Origin: Candidatus Saccharimonadales bacterium
Lineage (GTDB): Bacteria; Patescibacteriota; Saccharimonadia; Saccharimonadales; JAYRRP01
NCBI GenBank assembly: GCA_041906765.1
Contig: JAYRIP010000004.1
Coordinates: 132,342 to 196,341 of the forward strand
Reading direction: 5' to 3'
Length of the DNA: 64,000 nt
A program made the position numbers and the translations under genes. This document shows positions 1-9,576 of this stretch, piece after piece (the stretch's first letter is position 1; every line of letters starts with the position of its first letter). The notes below the pieces were generated by a model. It made no database searches. It saw only the letters and a list, made by a program, of their open reading frames with translations, and was not told the DNA's origin.

Positions 1-166
1 TTGTTTCTATATCTGTTAAAGCCTCTGGTGACGCAACATCAATCCTGGCAAGCTCAGCCTTGCGGGCTATTTGCGTAAACGGATTTCTCAGACCCGCAGC
101 CAGAGCCGACAACAGCCGTTCTTGTAAGTCATTGCTGTCCATCTGATCGGCATGTGCAACTTGCAC
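1..166 (-). CDS. hypothetical protein, 5' portion only (gene runs off the left edge)
   Basis: The minus-strand frame is open from GTG at 166 to position 1 (VQVAHADQMDSNDLQERLLSALAAGLRNPFTQIARKAELARIDVASPEALTDIET...). It is preceded by AAGGGGG (176-182) and TGCTATACT (196-204). LSALAAGLRNPFTQI loosely resembles a HisKA H-box with Ala where the phospho-His would be. Truncated, so function is open. Confidence 0.35.
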   Translation of the reverse strand, partial: MQVAHADQMDSNDLQERLLSALAAGLRNPFTQIARKAELARIDVASPEALTDIET

Positions 167-211
167 CAGTAGTAACCCCCTTGTTTGCTATTTTTAGTAT
201 AGCAACTTGGC

Positions 212-874
212 CTACGGCACAAAAGTAAGATTTGCCAGAACAATATTGTCAAGATCTGGCGTAAACTGTGTGGATTCAGTCCATATTTTGAGTGTCTTGT
301 CTCGGGACGGCAGTAAAATCATAGTACCCTGTTTTTTAGGAAAGATCTCTTTCTCTAATCGGGTCCCTGTAACCCCGGGTACTTTTGGAGCTTTATAAGG
401 AGTCGAGGTAACCTTCCCCGTTTTTACAAGCGTTGCGTAAAGCTTTACCTCTTGGTCATAAGTCTTTTCACTTACCTGCACCCTAATGGCAAAATTAGTG
501 CCTGAAGTCACTCCAGGAACATAATTTGGATGGAAGTAGCCATCTACAGGGTTCGCAGTGTTTGGATTTTCGCTAACATAACCACTCCACGTCTTGGGAT
601 ACTTAATATTCACCGTACCAAACGGCGCAGGTGATATGTAATCACGGTAGGGTTGCTTTTCTTTTTCTTCCCACTCTTTGTCTTTTTCTTTCTTCGTCGT
701 TTCGGTTGCTTCTTCTACAGCCGCACTTACTTTTTGGTCGGTATTATTTTTGTAATCCTGCCTGCTCATAAAAGACCAAACACCAAAACCAGCTGCTCCC
801 AGGAATAGGACTATAAATACGATCATAAACACCAGCGTTAGGCTGACTTCGCCGCGCCGGTCTATTTGCTTCAT
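212..874 (-). CDS. membrane-anchored hypothetical protein (single N-terminal TM, extracytoplasmic domain)
   Basis: ORF 212..910. I prefer the ATG at 874 (MKQIDRRGEVSLTLVFMIVFIVLFLGAAGFGVW...), which gives a short cytoplasmic N-terminus followed by a hydrophobic helix. No recognisable catalytic motif. Confidence 0.55.
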   Translation of the reverse strand: MKQIDRRGEVSLTLVFMIVFIVLFLGAAGFGVWSFMSRQDYKNNTDQKVSAAVEEATETTKKEKDKEWEEKEKQPYRDYISPAPFGTVNIKYPKTWSGYVSENPNTANPVDGYFHPNYVPGVTSGTNFAIRVQVSEKTYDQEVKLYATLVKTGKVTSTPYKAPKVPGVTGTRLEKEIFPKKQGTMILLPSRDKTLKIWTESTQFTPDLDNIVLANLTFVP

Positions 875-922
875 ACCGGTTATGGTAACTGAGAAGCCCG
901 GCCCGCGCAAGTGTACTGTTTG

Positions 923-1135
923 TCACTCCCGCTCATTTTGACTTTCAATTTGTATCTTTTGTATGCTGCTACGGGCATTTTTTAAGTATGCTTGCATAAG
1001 TCGAATAACTTCTGCGCCACGCTTATAGCGCACCATGGCCTCCTCTAGCTCAAGTTCCCCCGACTGCAAGCTTTGTATGATCGCTTCTAGCTCTTGACTA
1101 AGCTGCGCATAATCGATTTTTTTCACTTTCGTCAT
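923..1135 (-). CDS. xseB: exodeoxyribonuclease VII small subunit
   Basis: 70-aa helical protein (..LSQELEAIIQSLQSGELELEEAMVRYKRGAEVIRLMQAYL..) located immediately downstream of xseA. Confidence 0.85.
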   Translation of the reverse strand: MTKVKKIDYAQLSQELEAIIQSLQSGELELEEAMVRYKRGAEVIRLMQAYLKNARSSIQKIQIESQNERE

Positions 1136-1139
1136 AACT

Positions 1140-2270
1140 CTATTCTAATATAACCTTTTTTACTTCCGCGACAGCCTGCCCATCACGCAATAACGCCTCG
1201 ATTTCCTGCCCTTTAACAAGCCGCTTGGCACTGCTTAAGGCACGCCCTTTATAGCGAAGTACCGAGTACCCTCTTTGCAGTACCTTAAAAGGACTCAGCG
1301 CATCAAGCAACGATTCTCTTGAAGCCAGGCTTTGGTTTTCACCGTGCAGCAGATGATGAAACGCCTGCTGAAGACGTTCGGAATTATTGGTAGTTTCAAT
1401 TAGTAGGTTTTCAAATGTTTTCTGTAATTGTTGGTCCAGAAGACGCCAGGCAGTAAACAAACGTTCACCTTCATGTTTTTTATCCGGCACCAAAAGTTCA
1501 GCCGCATTGCTCGGTGTACTTGCCCTTACGTCAGCTGCCAATTCTGCCAGACTTATATCAACCTCATGCCCAATAGCAACCAGCGTCGGTATACGGCTAG
1601 TAGCCACCGCACGCACCACCGCTTCTGTATTAAACGCCGCCAAATCATCCGGACTACCGCCACCACGAACAATTACCAGCACATCTGCCAATTCAATTTG
1701 ATTATGCGCAGTAGTGATAGCACGAATGATTTGCTCAGGCGCAATGTTTCCTTGCACCTGCACATCAAATACCTGTATATCAAGACCGCCCCACCTTTGG
1801 TCAAGTATCTTTATAAAGTCCGCGTACGCTGCTGACCCAACAGACGTCACCAAGGCAATGCGGTTTGGAGGATAGCGTAATTGGCGTTTTCTCTCGGTGT
1901 CAAACAAGCCTTCGGCAGCCAGCTTCGCCCGAAGCAATTCCGCGGCTCGTTTGATCGATCCTTGCCCCACCGGCTGGATTGCCCGAAAAGTAAAGCTGAA
2001 TCCATACATATTGTGCAGCTTGGGAGAGCCAGTAACCTGTACCATCATTCCCTCTTCTAAAGGTCCGGGAAGTTGATACACTGAACCGAAGCAACGAAGG
2101 CTTGACTCCTCATCTTTCAAATCAAAATACACCCAGCGGTTCTTACTCACCCGAAAATTGGAAAGTTCGCCTACTACACTCAGTTGAGGATATGCCAAGC
2201 TGAACGTTTGGTTCAAAACTGCAACAAAATCACTAACTGAAAGTACCAGTTCAGACGCCATTGACTTCAT
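1140..2270 (-). CDS. xseA: exodeoxyribonuclease VII large subunit
   Basis: 376 aa with an N-terminal OB-fold region (LSVSDFVAVLNQTF...VVGELSNFRVSKNRWVYFDLKD) and a catalytic core (IALVTSVGSAAYADF...VLVIVRGGGSPDDLAAFN). Forms the xseA-xseB pair. Confidence 0.9.
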   Translation of the reverse strand: MKSMASELVLSVSDFVAVLNQTFSLAYPQLSVVGELSNFRVSKNRWVYFDLKDEESSLRCFGSVYQLPGPLEEGMMVQVTGSPKLHNMYGFSFTFRAIQPVGQGSIKRAAELLRAKLAAEGLFDTERKRQLRYPPNRIALVTSVGSAAYADFIKILDQRWGGLDIQVFDVQVQGNIAPEQIIRAITTAHNQIELADVLVIVRGGGSPDDLAAFNTEAVVRAVATSRIPTLVAIGHEVDISLAELAADVRASTPSNAAELLVPDKKHEGERLFTAWRLLDQQLQKTFENLLIETTNNSERLQQAFHHLLHGENQSLASRESLLDALSPFKVLQRGYSVLRYKGRALSSAKRLVKGQEIEALLRDGQAVAEVKKVILE

Positions 2271-3297
2271 CGTTATTTAGCGCTTCGTGATAGAAGTAAT
2301 AACCCGGTGGTAGCTGGATAGCCATGTTTAATATACGGTACATAACCGTAACTGGCAGACTGACACCAGGAGGGATGCCACCAGCCGCCATGACAGCAGT
2401 CATCAGGGCTTCATAGACGCCGACTCCTCCTGGTAACACAGAGATTAATCCGGCAATGTTGGCTACAGCGTACGCCAAAATTACCGCACCTGGATTCACC
2501 CAATGGCCAAATGCTATGTATACCACATAGATAGTGAGCACCTCACATAAATTGGCTAATAGTGCAAAACCGACCGGTTTATTGAAGTACCGATATTTTC
2601 CTTTCAGAGTCATATAATTATTGTGGAATTCAGTAAACAGCTGGCGCACTTGAGCAACTTCAATGGTTTCCGGATGCTTGGGGCGAAACACTTGAATCAA
2701 TTTGTTTAGCAAGCGTGTAACGAAAGTAAAAAACCCGTTAATCCTTTTTTTACTGCCTATAATAATCCCAAACCCGATGGTAACCACAATCAACAACGTC
2801 GCTAGCGAGCCACCAATTAATATCATCAGTTGGCTGGCCTTCCCATCAAGTGCCAATAAAAATAGCCCGACAAACAGGAATGCCTCGAATGACACCCAGA
2901 GCATAAGCATTTTCATCATGTGTACCAGTGTGGCGCGGCCAGCACGAACGTCTTGAGTACGCATCCGCATTCCCACATAAGAGAAGCCAGATACTCCGCC
3001 GGTCGGAAAGGCATTATTCACTAAGTTAAGTTCGAGTGCCAGGCGGTACAAAAACCGGACATTTATTTTATCACCTAGCAATGCGAATAAGTTTCGATAA
3101 AGTTGGGCCTGGCCATAATAATTAAATGCCTGCAGGGGGAGCATCAGCAGTAATACCACTGCATTGACACGAGTGAGATTCTGCATGGTATCAGAGATCT
3201 GGTGGCGCAAAGCATAAGCCAGCCCAACTAACGCCAACACAGTCACTATGTTTACCAACAGCTTCCAGCGCCGCCTGAAAAAATGCGATTCACTCAT
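2251..3297 (-). CDS. polytopic membrane protein, flippase-like / lysylphosphatidylglycerol-synthase TM-region (UPF0104-like) family
   Basis: 348 aa with about 8 predicted TM helices and a basic N-terminus (FFRRRWKLLVNIVTVLALVGL). The overall architecture is typical of that family. The call rests on general resemblance only. Confidence 0.55.
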   Translation of the reverse strand: MSESHFFRRRWKLLVNIVTVLALVGLAYALRHQISDTMQNLTRVNAVVLLLMLPLQAFNYYGQAQLYRNLFALLGDKINVRFLYRLALELNLVNNAFPTGGVSGFSYVGMRMRTQDVRAGRATLVHMMKMLMLWVSFEAFLFVGLFLLALDGKASQLMILIGGSLATLLIVVTIGFGIIIGSKKRINGFFTFVTRLLNKLIQVFRPKHPETIEVAQVRQLFTEFHNNYMTLKGKYRYFNKPVGFALLANLCEVLTIYVVYIAFGHWVNPGAVILAYAVANIAGLISVLPGGVGVYEALMTAVMAAGGIPPGVSLPVTVMYRILNMAIQLPPGYYFYHEALNNDEVNGV

Positions 3298-3347
3298 ACC
3301 AGATGGGTCCTATTATATCTGCTGTTTGCGCGTATACTAAATAGATT

Positions 3348-4568
3348 ATGGCCCAAACAATGTGCATCCTTGGCCGCCAACCGGCGCTAGGAGTAGCCGA
3401 ATTAGAGGCATTATGCGAGGATGCCAACTTATTGCGAAAAGTCAGTCCTCACGCCGTCATCATCAAGGCAGAGCCTTCGTCCATCAATTTTAGCCGTTTG
3501 GGCGGTACCGTAAAGTTCTGTAAGTTACTCGCAGAATTACCGCTCAAGCGCTGGCCCGATATCGAGGCATACCTAGCAGAAGCATTGCCCGCTCATCTCC
3601 ATACTTTGCCAGCGAGTAAATTACGTCTGGGCGTCAGCACATACGGCATTGATGTGTCTCCTGCTCAAATAAACGCTACCACCCTCCGCTTAAAGAAGCG
3701 AATTCGCGAACAAGGAAAGAGTGTTCGTATCATCGCCAACACTAATCCGGCTCTATCCAGTGCCCAGGTACTCCACAATAAGCTTACCGGTGCCGGTGCC
3801 TGGGAGTTAGTGCTGGTAGGTGGTGGTAAACATATTTTTTTGGCTCAAAATATCGCTGAACAAGATATAGAAGCATACGCACAGCGTGACCAAAAACGCC
3901 CTATGCGTGACAGCCGGGTCGGCATGCTGCCGCCCAAGCTCGCCCAGATAATCATTAACCTGGCAGCAGCCGCTACAAGCTTGGGCACCGAACGAATAGT
4001 GCTCGATCCATTCTGTGGCAGCGGCGTTATTCTTCAGGAAGCAACCTTAATGGGGTTCAACGTACATGGTTCTGATATCAATGCAAAAATGATTGAGTAC
4101 GCCGATCAAAACCTCATGTGGTTGCTCACCCAGCCTAACTGTCCGGTCCAACGTCCACCCGACCCTATTGATCCAAGTTGGCGATACTTTCAAATTGAAC
4201 AAGCCGATGCCACCCGTGCAAAGTGGGAGCCGCTACCTGATTTTATCGCCAGTGAAACCTATTTGGGCCAACCTTTCGCCTCACCCCCCACACTCGAAGC
4301 TTTGCATAAAACTATGCGAGAGACCGATAGTATTCACCGACAGTTCCTTCTGAATCTCGCTAGTCAAACCAAACCCGGATTCCGGTTGTGTGTAGCTGTC
4401 CCCGCCTGGCATCTGAATGGCAAGGTGCATCACCTTAAAACGCTTGATTCCCTACCGAAGTTAGGGTATACTCGGCTAAGTTTTGTTCATGCGCCAAACC
4501 GGGAGCTTATTTACCGGCGTCCCCATCAAATAGTTGGCCGTGAGCTTGTAGTATTAGTAAGGAAATAA
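3348..4568 (+). CDS. SAM-dependent RNA (guanine-N2-type) methyltransferase, UPF0020/Trm11-RlmL-like
   Basis: RPMRDSRVGMLPPKLAQIIINLA followed by SAM motif I VLDPFCGSGVILQEATLMGFNVHGSDIN matches the Trm11/TrmG10/RlmL pattern. The expected DPPYG motif IV is replaced by SETYLG. Confidence 0.6.
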   Translation: MAQTMCILGRQPALGVAELEALCEDANLLRKVSPHAVIIKAEPSSINFSRLGGTVKFCKLLAELPLKRWPDIEAYLAEALPAHLHTLPASKLRLGVSTYGIDVSPAQINATTLRLKKRIREQGKSVRIIANTNPALSSAQVLHNKLTGAGAWELVLVGGGKHIFLAQNIAEQDIEAYAQRDQKRPMRDSRVGMLPPKLAQIIINLAAAATSLGTERIVLDPFCGSGVILQEATLMGFNVHGSDINAKMIEYADQNLMWLLTQPNCPVQRPPDPIDPSWRYFQIEQADATRAKWEPLPDFIASETYLGQPFASPPTLEALHKTMRETDSIHRQFLLNLASQTKPGFRLCVAVPAWHLNGKVHHLKTLDSLPKLGYTRLSFVHAPNRELIYRRPHQIVGRELVVLVRK

Positions 4569-4569
4569 G

Positions 4570-4842
4570 ATGAGTAAGACCAAAGCAGGTGGATCCAGCA
4601 AAAACGTCCATGACAGTCCAGGCCAGCGCTTAGGTGTAAAACTATATGGTGGCCAAAAAGTAAAAACTGGCCAGGTGATCGTCCGGCAAGTGGGTATGAC
4701 TAAACGAGCTGGTGACGGCACAAAATTAAGCCGAAACTACACTATACATGCCGCTCGTGACGGTGTCGTAAGTTACCAAAGTCGAAAAGTTCGCCTTTTT
4801 TCCGGTAAAACAGTTCGCCGCACTGAAGTTACGGTGCAATAG
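4570..4842 (+). CDS. rpmA: 50S ribosomal protein L27
   Basis: MSKTKAGGSSKNVHDSPGQRLGVKLYGGQKV..GQVIVRQVG is a canonical L27 N-terminus. SD AAGGAAA lies upstream. Confidence 0.95.
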   Translation: MSKTKAGGSSKNVHDSPGQRLGVKLYGGQKVKTGQVIVRQVGMTKRAGDGTKLSRNYTIHAARDGVVSYQSRKVRLFSGKTVRRTEVTVQ

Positions 4843-4902
4843 CACACAAAGTCAGCCGACACTACAGAAACGGCCGCTATTATCTATTTATTATTGTGAC
4901 TT

Positions 4903-5322
4903 TTAGGCTTCTAGATGCTGCTTAATGCGCTCTACGACATCGGCAATAACGACTTGTGACTTTACCAAGTAATCATCAGCGCCAAGCGCTTTGGCTTTTT
5001 CTTTGTCGGAGTCTTGGCTTAAGGCGGTCAACATCATGACTTTTACCTTAGAAGTTTCAGGTGTGTTACGTAAAATGTCCAGCACATCAAATCCGCTTAC
5101 TTTAGGCATCATTACATCTAAGAGTATGAGGTCCGGTTTATACTCAAGAGCAGCAGAAAGTGCATCTTCACCGTTGGGGACACGGCGCACATCAAAATTT
5201 TCAGCCTGTAAGCGAGTAAGGTAAACACTCGCTAAGGCGTCATCATCTTCAACTAATAGTATTTTCTTACCGGCGTTCTTGTCACTTGGTTGGAAGCTAC
5301 TTACATCATTCATAAGGCTCAT
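4903..5322 (-). CDS. single-domain response regulator (CheY-like receiver, no output domain)
   Basis: KKILLVEDDDALA...PDLILLDVMMPKVSGFDVL...MLTALS...GADDYLVK carries the receiver-domain Asp pocket, phospho-Asp and conserved Thr/Lys positions. Confidence 0.85.
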   Translation of the reverse strand: MSLMNDVSSFQPSDKNAGKKILLVEDDDALASVYLTRLQAENFDVRRVPNGEDALSAALEYKPDLILLDVMMPKVSGFDVLDILRNTPETSKVKVMMLTALSQDSDKEKAKALGADDYLVKSQVVIADVVERIKQHLEA

Positions 5323-5331
5323 GCTAAGTGA

Positions 5332-6948
5332 TTATGCCGGTTTTTGCAACAAATGATCAACAAAACCTTGAAAGAGAGGGTGTGGGCGAATCGGCCGTGA
5401 GCGGAATTCTGGATGGAATTGACTGGCGACAAAAAATCGGTGTTCTGGAGCTTCAATCATCTCAACCAGTTTATTATCCGGAGAGCTACCAACGGCGTCG
5501 ATACCCCATTTTTTATATTGCTGCCGATAAACATTATTACATTCATAGCGATGGCGATGACGCTCGGTTATTTTTGAAACGCCATAAAGCTTAGCTACCA
5601 AACTATTGTCTTGCAAGGAACAAGGGTAATCCCCTAACCGCATGGTACCACCAGTGTTTTCCTTGCCCTTCTGATCTTCCATTGTCGCGATAACTGGATC
5701 TTTACACTTCGGGTCAAATTCTGTCGAGTTAGCCTTAGTAAGGCCAGCCCGGCGGGCAGCAGCAATTACACCAACCTGCAATCCTAAACACAATCCAAGG
5801 TAAGGAATATCATGATCGAGTGCATATCGGGCAGCCTTAATCTTGCCCTCTACACCTCGTTCACCAAAACCACCAGGTACCACAATACCGTCTATGCGAG
5901 CAAAGATTCTGGAAAGGTCACACTTGTGTTCCAGCTTCTCGGCATCAATCCATTGGATCTTCAGTTTTACGCCCGTTGACCAGGCGGCCGCCCTGAGCGC
6001 CTCAAACACTGACATATAGGTATCTTGGTTGTCCAGGTATTTGGCAACTACCCCGACTGTCGCCTTCTTCTGCCGTGCTCCCGTAGCTTTCGCCACTACC
6101 TCGCGCCATAACTTCAAATCAGGCGCGGTAGCCGTAGTGAGGCTAAGCCGGCGACACATCACATCAGCAATACCCGTATCTTCTAGTGTAAGCGGCACCT
6201 GATAGATGCTGGGCGCATTTGGCAATAAGGCGATAGCTTCTACAGGTACACCACAGAACAAACTGAGCTTATCTTTGACACTAGAAACTGCCGGCTGTTC
6301 GCTACGAGCTACCAGTATATCCGGCGAAATACCTAACCCCCTCAACTCGCGTACGGAATTTTGGGCTGGTTTCGTCTTCGTCTCTTTACTTGCGCCTAAA
6401 AACGGTAGATAAACTACATGTACATACAGACAGTGCTCGCGCCCTACTCTTAAGCCAAGCTCTCTGATTGCTTCAATAAAGCTCAGGCTTTCGTAATCCC
6501 CCACTGTGCCACCTATCTCGACGATATGTACATCGAACCCATCACCTGCAGCAGTAATATATTCCTGAATAGCTGCAGTCAAGTGTGGGATAATCTGTAC
6601 GTCTTCCCCTTTATATAAGCCCGCCCGTTCGTCCTGGATAACTTTCAGTAAGACACGCCCGCTCATCAGCGAACTGGAGCTTGTCAGTTCCTGGTCAAGA
6701 AAACGTTCGTAATGACCAAGATCCAAGTCAGTCTCGGCGCCATCTTTGGTGACAAAACATTCACCATGCTCACGCGGGTTTAGAGTACCGGCATCAATAT
6801 TGAGGTACGGGTCGCACTTCTGGATGTTTACTTTTAAGCCACGAGCTTTTAGGAGCTTACCGATGGAGGCGGCGGTAATGCCTTTGCCGAGTCCGGATAG
6901 CACTCCGCCAGTCACAAAAATGTATTTGGTCGCCTTCTTTGCTCCCAC
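5332..6948 (-). CDS. pyrG: CTP synthase
   Basis: KYIFVTGGVLSGLGKGITAASIG, the GTVGDYESLSFIEA motif, and a glutaminase domain with GLCLGLQ and the HRHRYE triad region. GTG start with AAGAGG SD. Confidence 0.97.
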   Translation of the reverse strand: MGAKKATKYIFVTGGVLSGLGKGITAASIGKLLKARGLKVNIQKCDPYLNIDAGTLNPREHGECFVTKDGAETDLDLGHYERFLDQELTSSSSLMSGRVLLKVIQDERAGLYKGEDVQIIPHLTAAIQEYITAAGDGFDVHIVEIGGTVGDYESLSFIEAIRELGLRVGREHCLYVHVVYLPFLGASKETKTKPAQNSVRELRGLGISPDILVARSEQPAVSSVKDKLSLFCGVPVEAIALLPNAPSIYQVPLTLEDTGIADVMCRRLSLTTATAPDLKLWREVVAKATGARQKKATVGVVAKYLDNQDTYMSVFEALRAAAWSTGVKLKIQWIDAEKLEHKCDLSRIFARIDGIVVPGGFGERGVEGKIKAARYALDHDIPYLGLCLGLQVGVIAAARRAGLTKANSTEFDPKCKDPVIATMEDQKGKENTGGTMRLGDYPCSLQDNSLVAKLYGVSKITERHRHRYECNNVYRQQYKKWGIDAVGSSPDNKLVEMIEAPEHRFFVASQFHPEFRSRPIRPHPLFQGFVDHLLQKPA

Positions 6949-7008
6949 TTGTACCTCTTAACTTTTCTGCTACGATACTACCTTGGACAGGGTTCGAGCG
7001 CAAGCATA

Positions 7009-8232
7009 TTATTGACGTAAAATTTTAAGCGCAGCGTCTTTCTGCGGATCCTTATTGTTCTGATAGTCTTCTTCGCTGCGTTCAACTTTTTTATCTGGCT
7101 CAATACCTTCTTTGTTAATATTGCGGCCATTAGGCGTAAACCACTTGGCGACTGTCACTTTCAGTTCGCCGCCGTTTTGCAGTTTTTCGACCGTTTGCAC
7201 GCTTCCCTTACCAAATGTTTTTACTCCAAGCAGCGTAGCCACCTTGTTTTCTTGCAACGCTCCGGCAGTAATTTCACTGGCACTGGCACTGCCTTCGTCG
7301 ACCAGCACCACAGTCGGTATGCCTTTTAAGACATGCTGGTTACCCGAGGGTTTATAAGTTTTCACTACTGTGGTACCGCGCTTTTCCTGCAGTACTGTTT
7401 GCGATGAATCAAGCCACAAACCCGATAGGTTGACTGCTTCGTTCAAAAGACCGCCGGGATTACCACGCAAATCAAGAATAACGCCTTTTACCCGTGCATC
7501 TGCAAAGCGTTGAGCTGCATCATGGGCCAGTTGTCCTGTATCCTCTGAAAATCTTGATACTTTTAAGTACCCAATTTGACCATCAATAATCTGTGATTCC
7601 ACACTGGGTACGGTAATTTCTGCCCGCGTAATTTCCACCTCGAAGTCTTTGTCATTACCACGAACAATTTTAAGTCGAACTTTCGTGTCCTTTGGTCCCC
7701 TGATACGGTTTACCGCCTCTGAAACGCTTAAATCAAAAGTACTCTGCCCATCGATGGCAACAACTTGGTCTTTGGGCTTCAAACCGGCTTTTTCTGCAGG
7801 AAAACCTGCGAGAGGTGCCACTACCACAATACTGTCAGTTTTAGGATCTTTCGTAAGCTCCGCGCCAATACCCGTAAATGTCCCGCTAAGATCCTCACTA
7901 AAGCGCTTGGCCTCTTCGGGATTTAGATATTCGGTGTATGGATCACCGCTAGCTTTTACCAACCCCTGCTTCAAGCCGTCTTGTAGTTTGTTCGCATCCA
8001 ATTGCCCGTCAAAACTGTCACGTAGTTTGTCATATACTTGTTCTACGCTTGAATAGTCAAGGTTGGCTGGCAGTTGGCTGGCCACTTTTTTATGAAGTAA
8101 TGCATTAGGTCCGATATTGATCCTGCCGCTGCCAATTGCCCAACCAAATAAAAATACTGCTGCTGTTCCAAACGCTAATTTGGCATATGCCGCAGTATTT
8201 TTTTTATCTGTTGCCCCCATTGCTCCAGACAT
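7009..8232 (-). CDS. ctp: carboxy-terminal processing peptidase, S41 family (PDZ-containing)
   Basis: N-terminal TM, a PDZ region (PLAGFPAEKAGLKPKDQVVAIDG), and the S41 core (LDLRGNPGGLL ... DEGSASASEITAGAL ... FGKGSVQ). Confidence 0.9.
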   Translation of the reverse strand: MSGAMGATDKKNTAAYAKLAFGTAAVFLFGWAIGSGRINIGPNALLHKKVASQLPANLDYSSVEQVYDKLRDSFDGQLDANKLQDGLKQGLVKASGDPYTEYLNPEEAKRFSEDLSGTFTGIGAELTKDPKTDSIVVVAPLAGFPAEKAGLKPKDQVVAIDGQSTFDLSVSEAVNRIRGPKDTKVRLKIVRGNDKDFEVEITRAEITVPSVESQIIDGQIGYLKVSRFSEDTGQLAHDAAQRFADARVKGVILDLRGNPGGLLNEAVNLSGLWLDSSQTVLQEKRGTTVVKTYKPSGNQHVLKGIPTVVLVDEGSASASEITAGALQENKVATLLGVKTFGKGSVQTVEKLQNGGELKVTVAKWFTPNGRNINKEGIEPDKKVERSEEDYQNNKDPQKDAALKILRQ

Positions 8233-8305
8233 TATTGCATAGTTGCAAGGCTCTACGCTACTTTAACCTTAAAAACTTTTATTATAATTTCAGATTCACC
8301 TACGC

Positions 8306-9502
8306 TTAAAAGTGGACAAACCAGAGTCCGGCAGCGTTAACGGAGTTACTGTCGTATTTGCCGGTACCAGCCCGGTTGTAGTCACTCACGATGATAGTGC
8401 CATTTCCGTTGACTGCTTCGACATACATCACATGCCCGAAAGTGCCTGCCGTACTGACTGCAGCTGCGCCAGTCTCAGGAGTCTGATCGACGCGGTAGCC
8501 GTAGCCAGGCGCACTACTCACCCAATTCTTGGCATGTCCTAGTCCTGCGGGTACGTACCGACCAGTGCTTCTTACTCGATAAGATACCCAATCAGTGCAG
8601 TTGCGGTATCCATAACCACCAGTTTCCCAATTCCAGACAGAACCGTTCACTGCCCAGTCATAATTAGGGCACCAACCATCCACCTGCCCGGTGTGCAAAC
8701 AAGCGGCATTGCCCCACGGGTATCCACCACCACCAATTACTCCGCCGCTTCCGCCAAACAGGCGGATGTTTTCTAGAGCCTGCTGCCGTTTTAACTCGGT
8801 GATACGGTCATAGTTATCCTTGATTTCTTTGTCAGTGGTAGCTTGTTGACTTTGGTTGAGACCAAGTAGGCGATTTTGCTCACCTTGCTGGACAGCCAAT
8901 TGGTCTTGGAGTTTGGTAAGTTCTTTTATTAACCGCTCGACTTCTTCTTTTTGCCCCTTTAGTTGAAGTTTAAGAGCAGTGACTTTATCAAGTGTTGCCT
9001 TGACTTTGTCTCGAACTGCGTTACGGTATTGTTGCTTATCAACAAACTCACTCAGATCTTTGCTTGAAGCCAGCATCTCCAAAGTAGTGATTTGGCCTTC
9101 CAGGTACATTTCTCGAATATTTTCTCCGAGGACTCTCTTCTGCTTCGCCAATTCAGCTTCAGCCTCTGCGATTTGCTTTTGAAGCTCATCATTACGGGCC
9201 CGGTTGGCATTAATTTGGACTTGTAGCCCATTAATCTGTTCCTGCAATGCGCTTATCGTTGCCTGCAAACCAGTTGCTTCAACTTTTAATCCGTTTAAAA
9301 CTTCCTTTTTTTGGTTGTTTTCCTGAGAAAGCGCATTTATCTGGTCTTGATATCTGTCAGCATTAGCTTTTGAGAAGCTTACGGCTGCGTTTAAGGCTAA
9401 TACACTACTCAGCAGCACTGCTGCTACAGGTAATAATTTCAATCGTACAATTTTAAGTTTTTGTTTTACCATAAACATTTTTACTATACCATACTTAGCC
9501 AC
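8306..9502 (-). CDS. coiled-coil + CHAP-domain peptidoglycan hydrolase (PcsB-like)
   Basis: A signal/TM segment, then about 230 aa of heptad-rich coiled coil, a Gly-rich linker (GGSGGVIGGGGYP), and a C-terminal CHAP domain (NCTDWVSYRV ... GHVMYVEAVNGNGTIIVSDYN). Located directly downstream of ftsEX. The start is uncertain: GTG 9502, or ATG 9478 or 9472. Confidence 0.8.
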   Translation of the reverse strand: MAKYGIVKMFMVKQKLKIVRLKLLPVAAVLLSSVLALNAAVSFSKANADRYQDQINALSQENNQKKEVLNGLKVEATGLQATISALQEQINGLQVQINANRARNDELQKQIAEAEAELAKQKRVLGENIREMYLEGQITTLEMLASSKDLSEFVDKQQYRNAVRDKVKATLDKVTALKLQLKGQKEEVERLIKELTKLQDQLAVQQGEQNRLLGLNQSQQATTDKEIKDNYDRITELKRQQALENIRLFGGSGGVIGGGGYPWGNAACLHTGQVDGWCPNYDWAVNGSVWNWETGGYGYRNCTDWVSYRVRSTGRYVPAGLGHAKNWVSSAPGYGYRVDQTPETGAAAVSTAGTFGHVMYVEAVNGNGTIIVSDYNRAGTGKYDSNSVNAAGLWFVHF

Positions 9503-9576
9503 AAGTTGTAAATATCTCCTTTATATGTTACTGCACATTAAATAACAGATGAATGTCATGCAAAATGAGCTTAACT

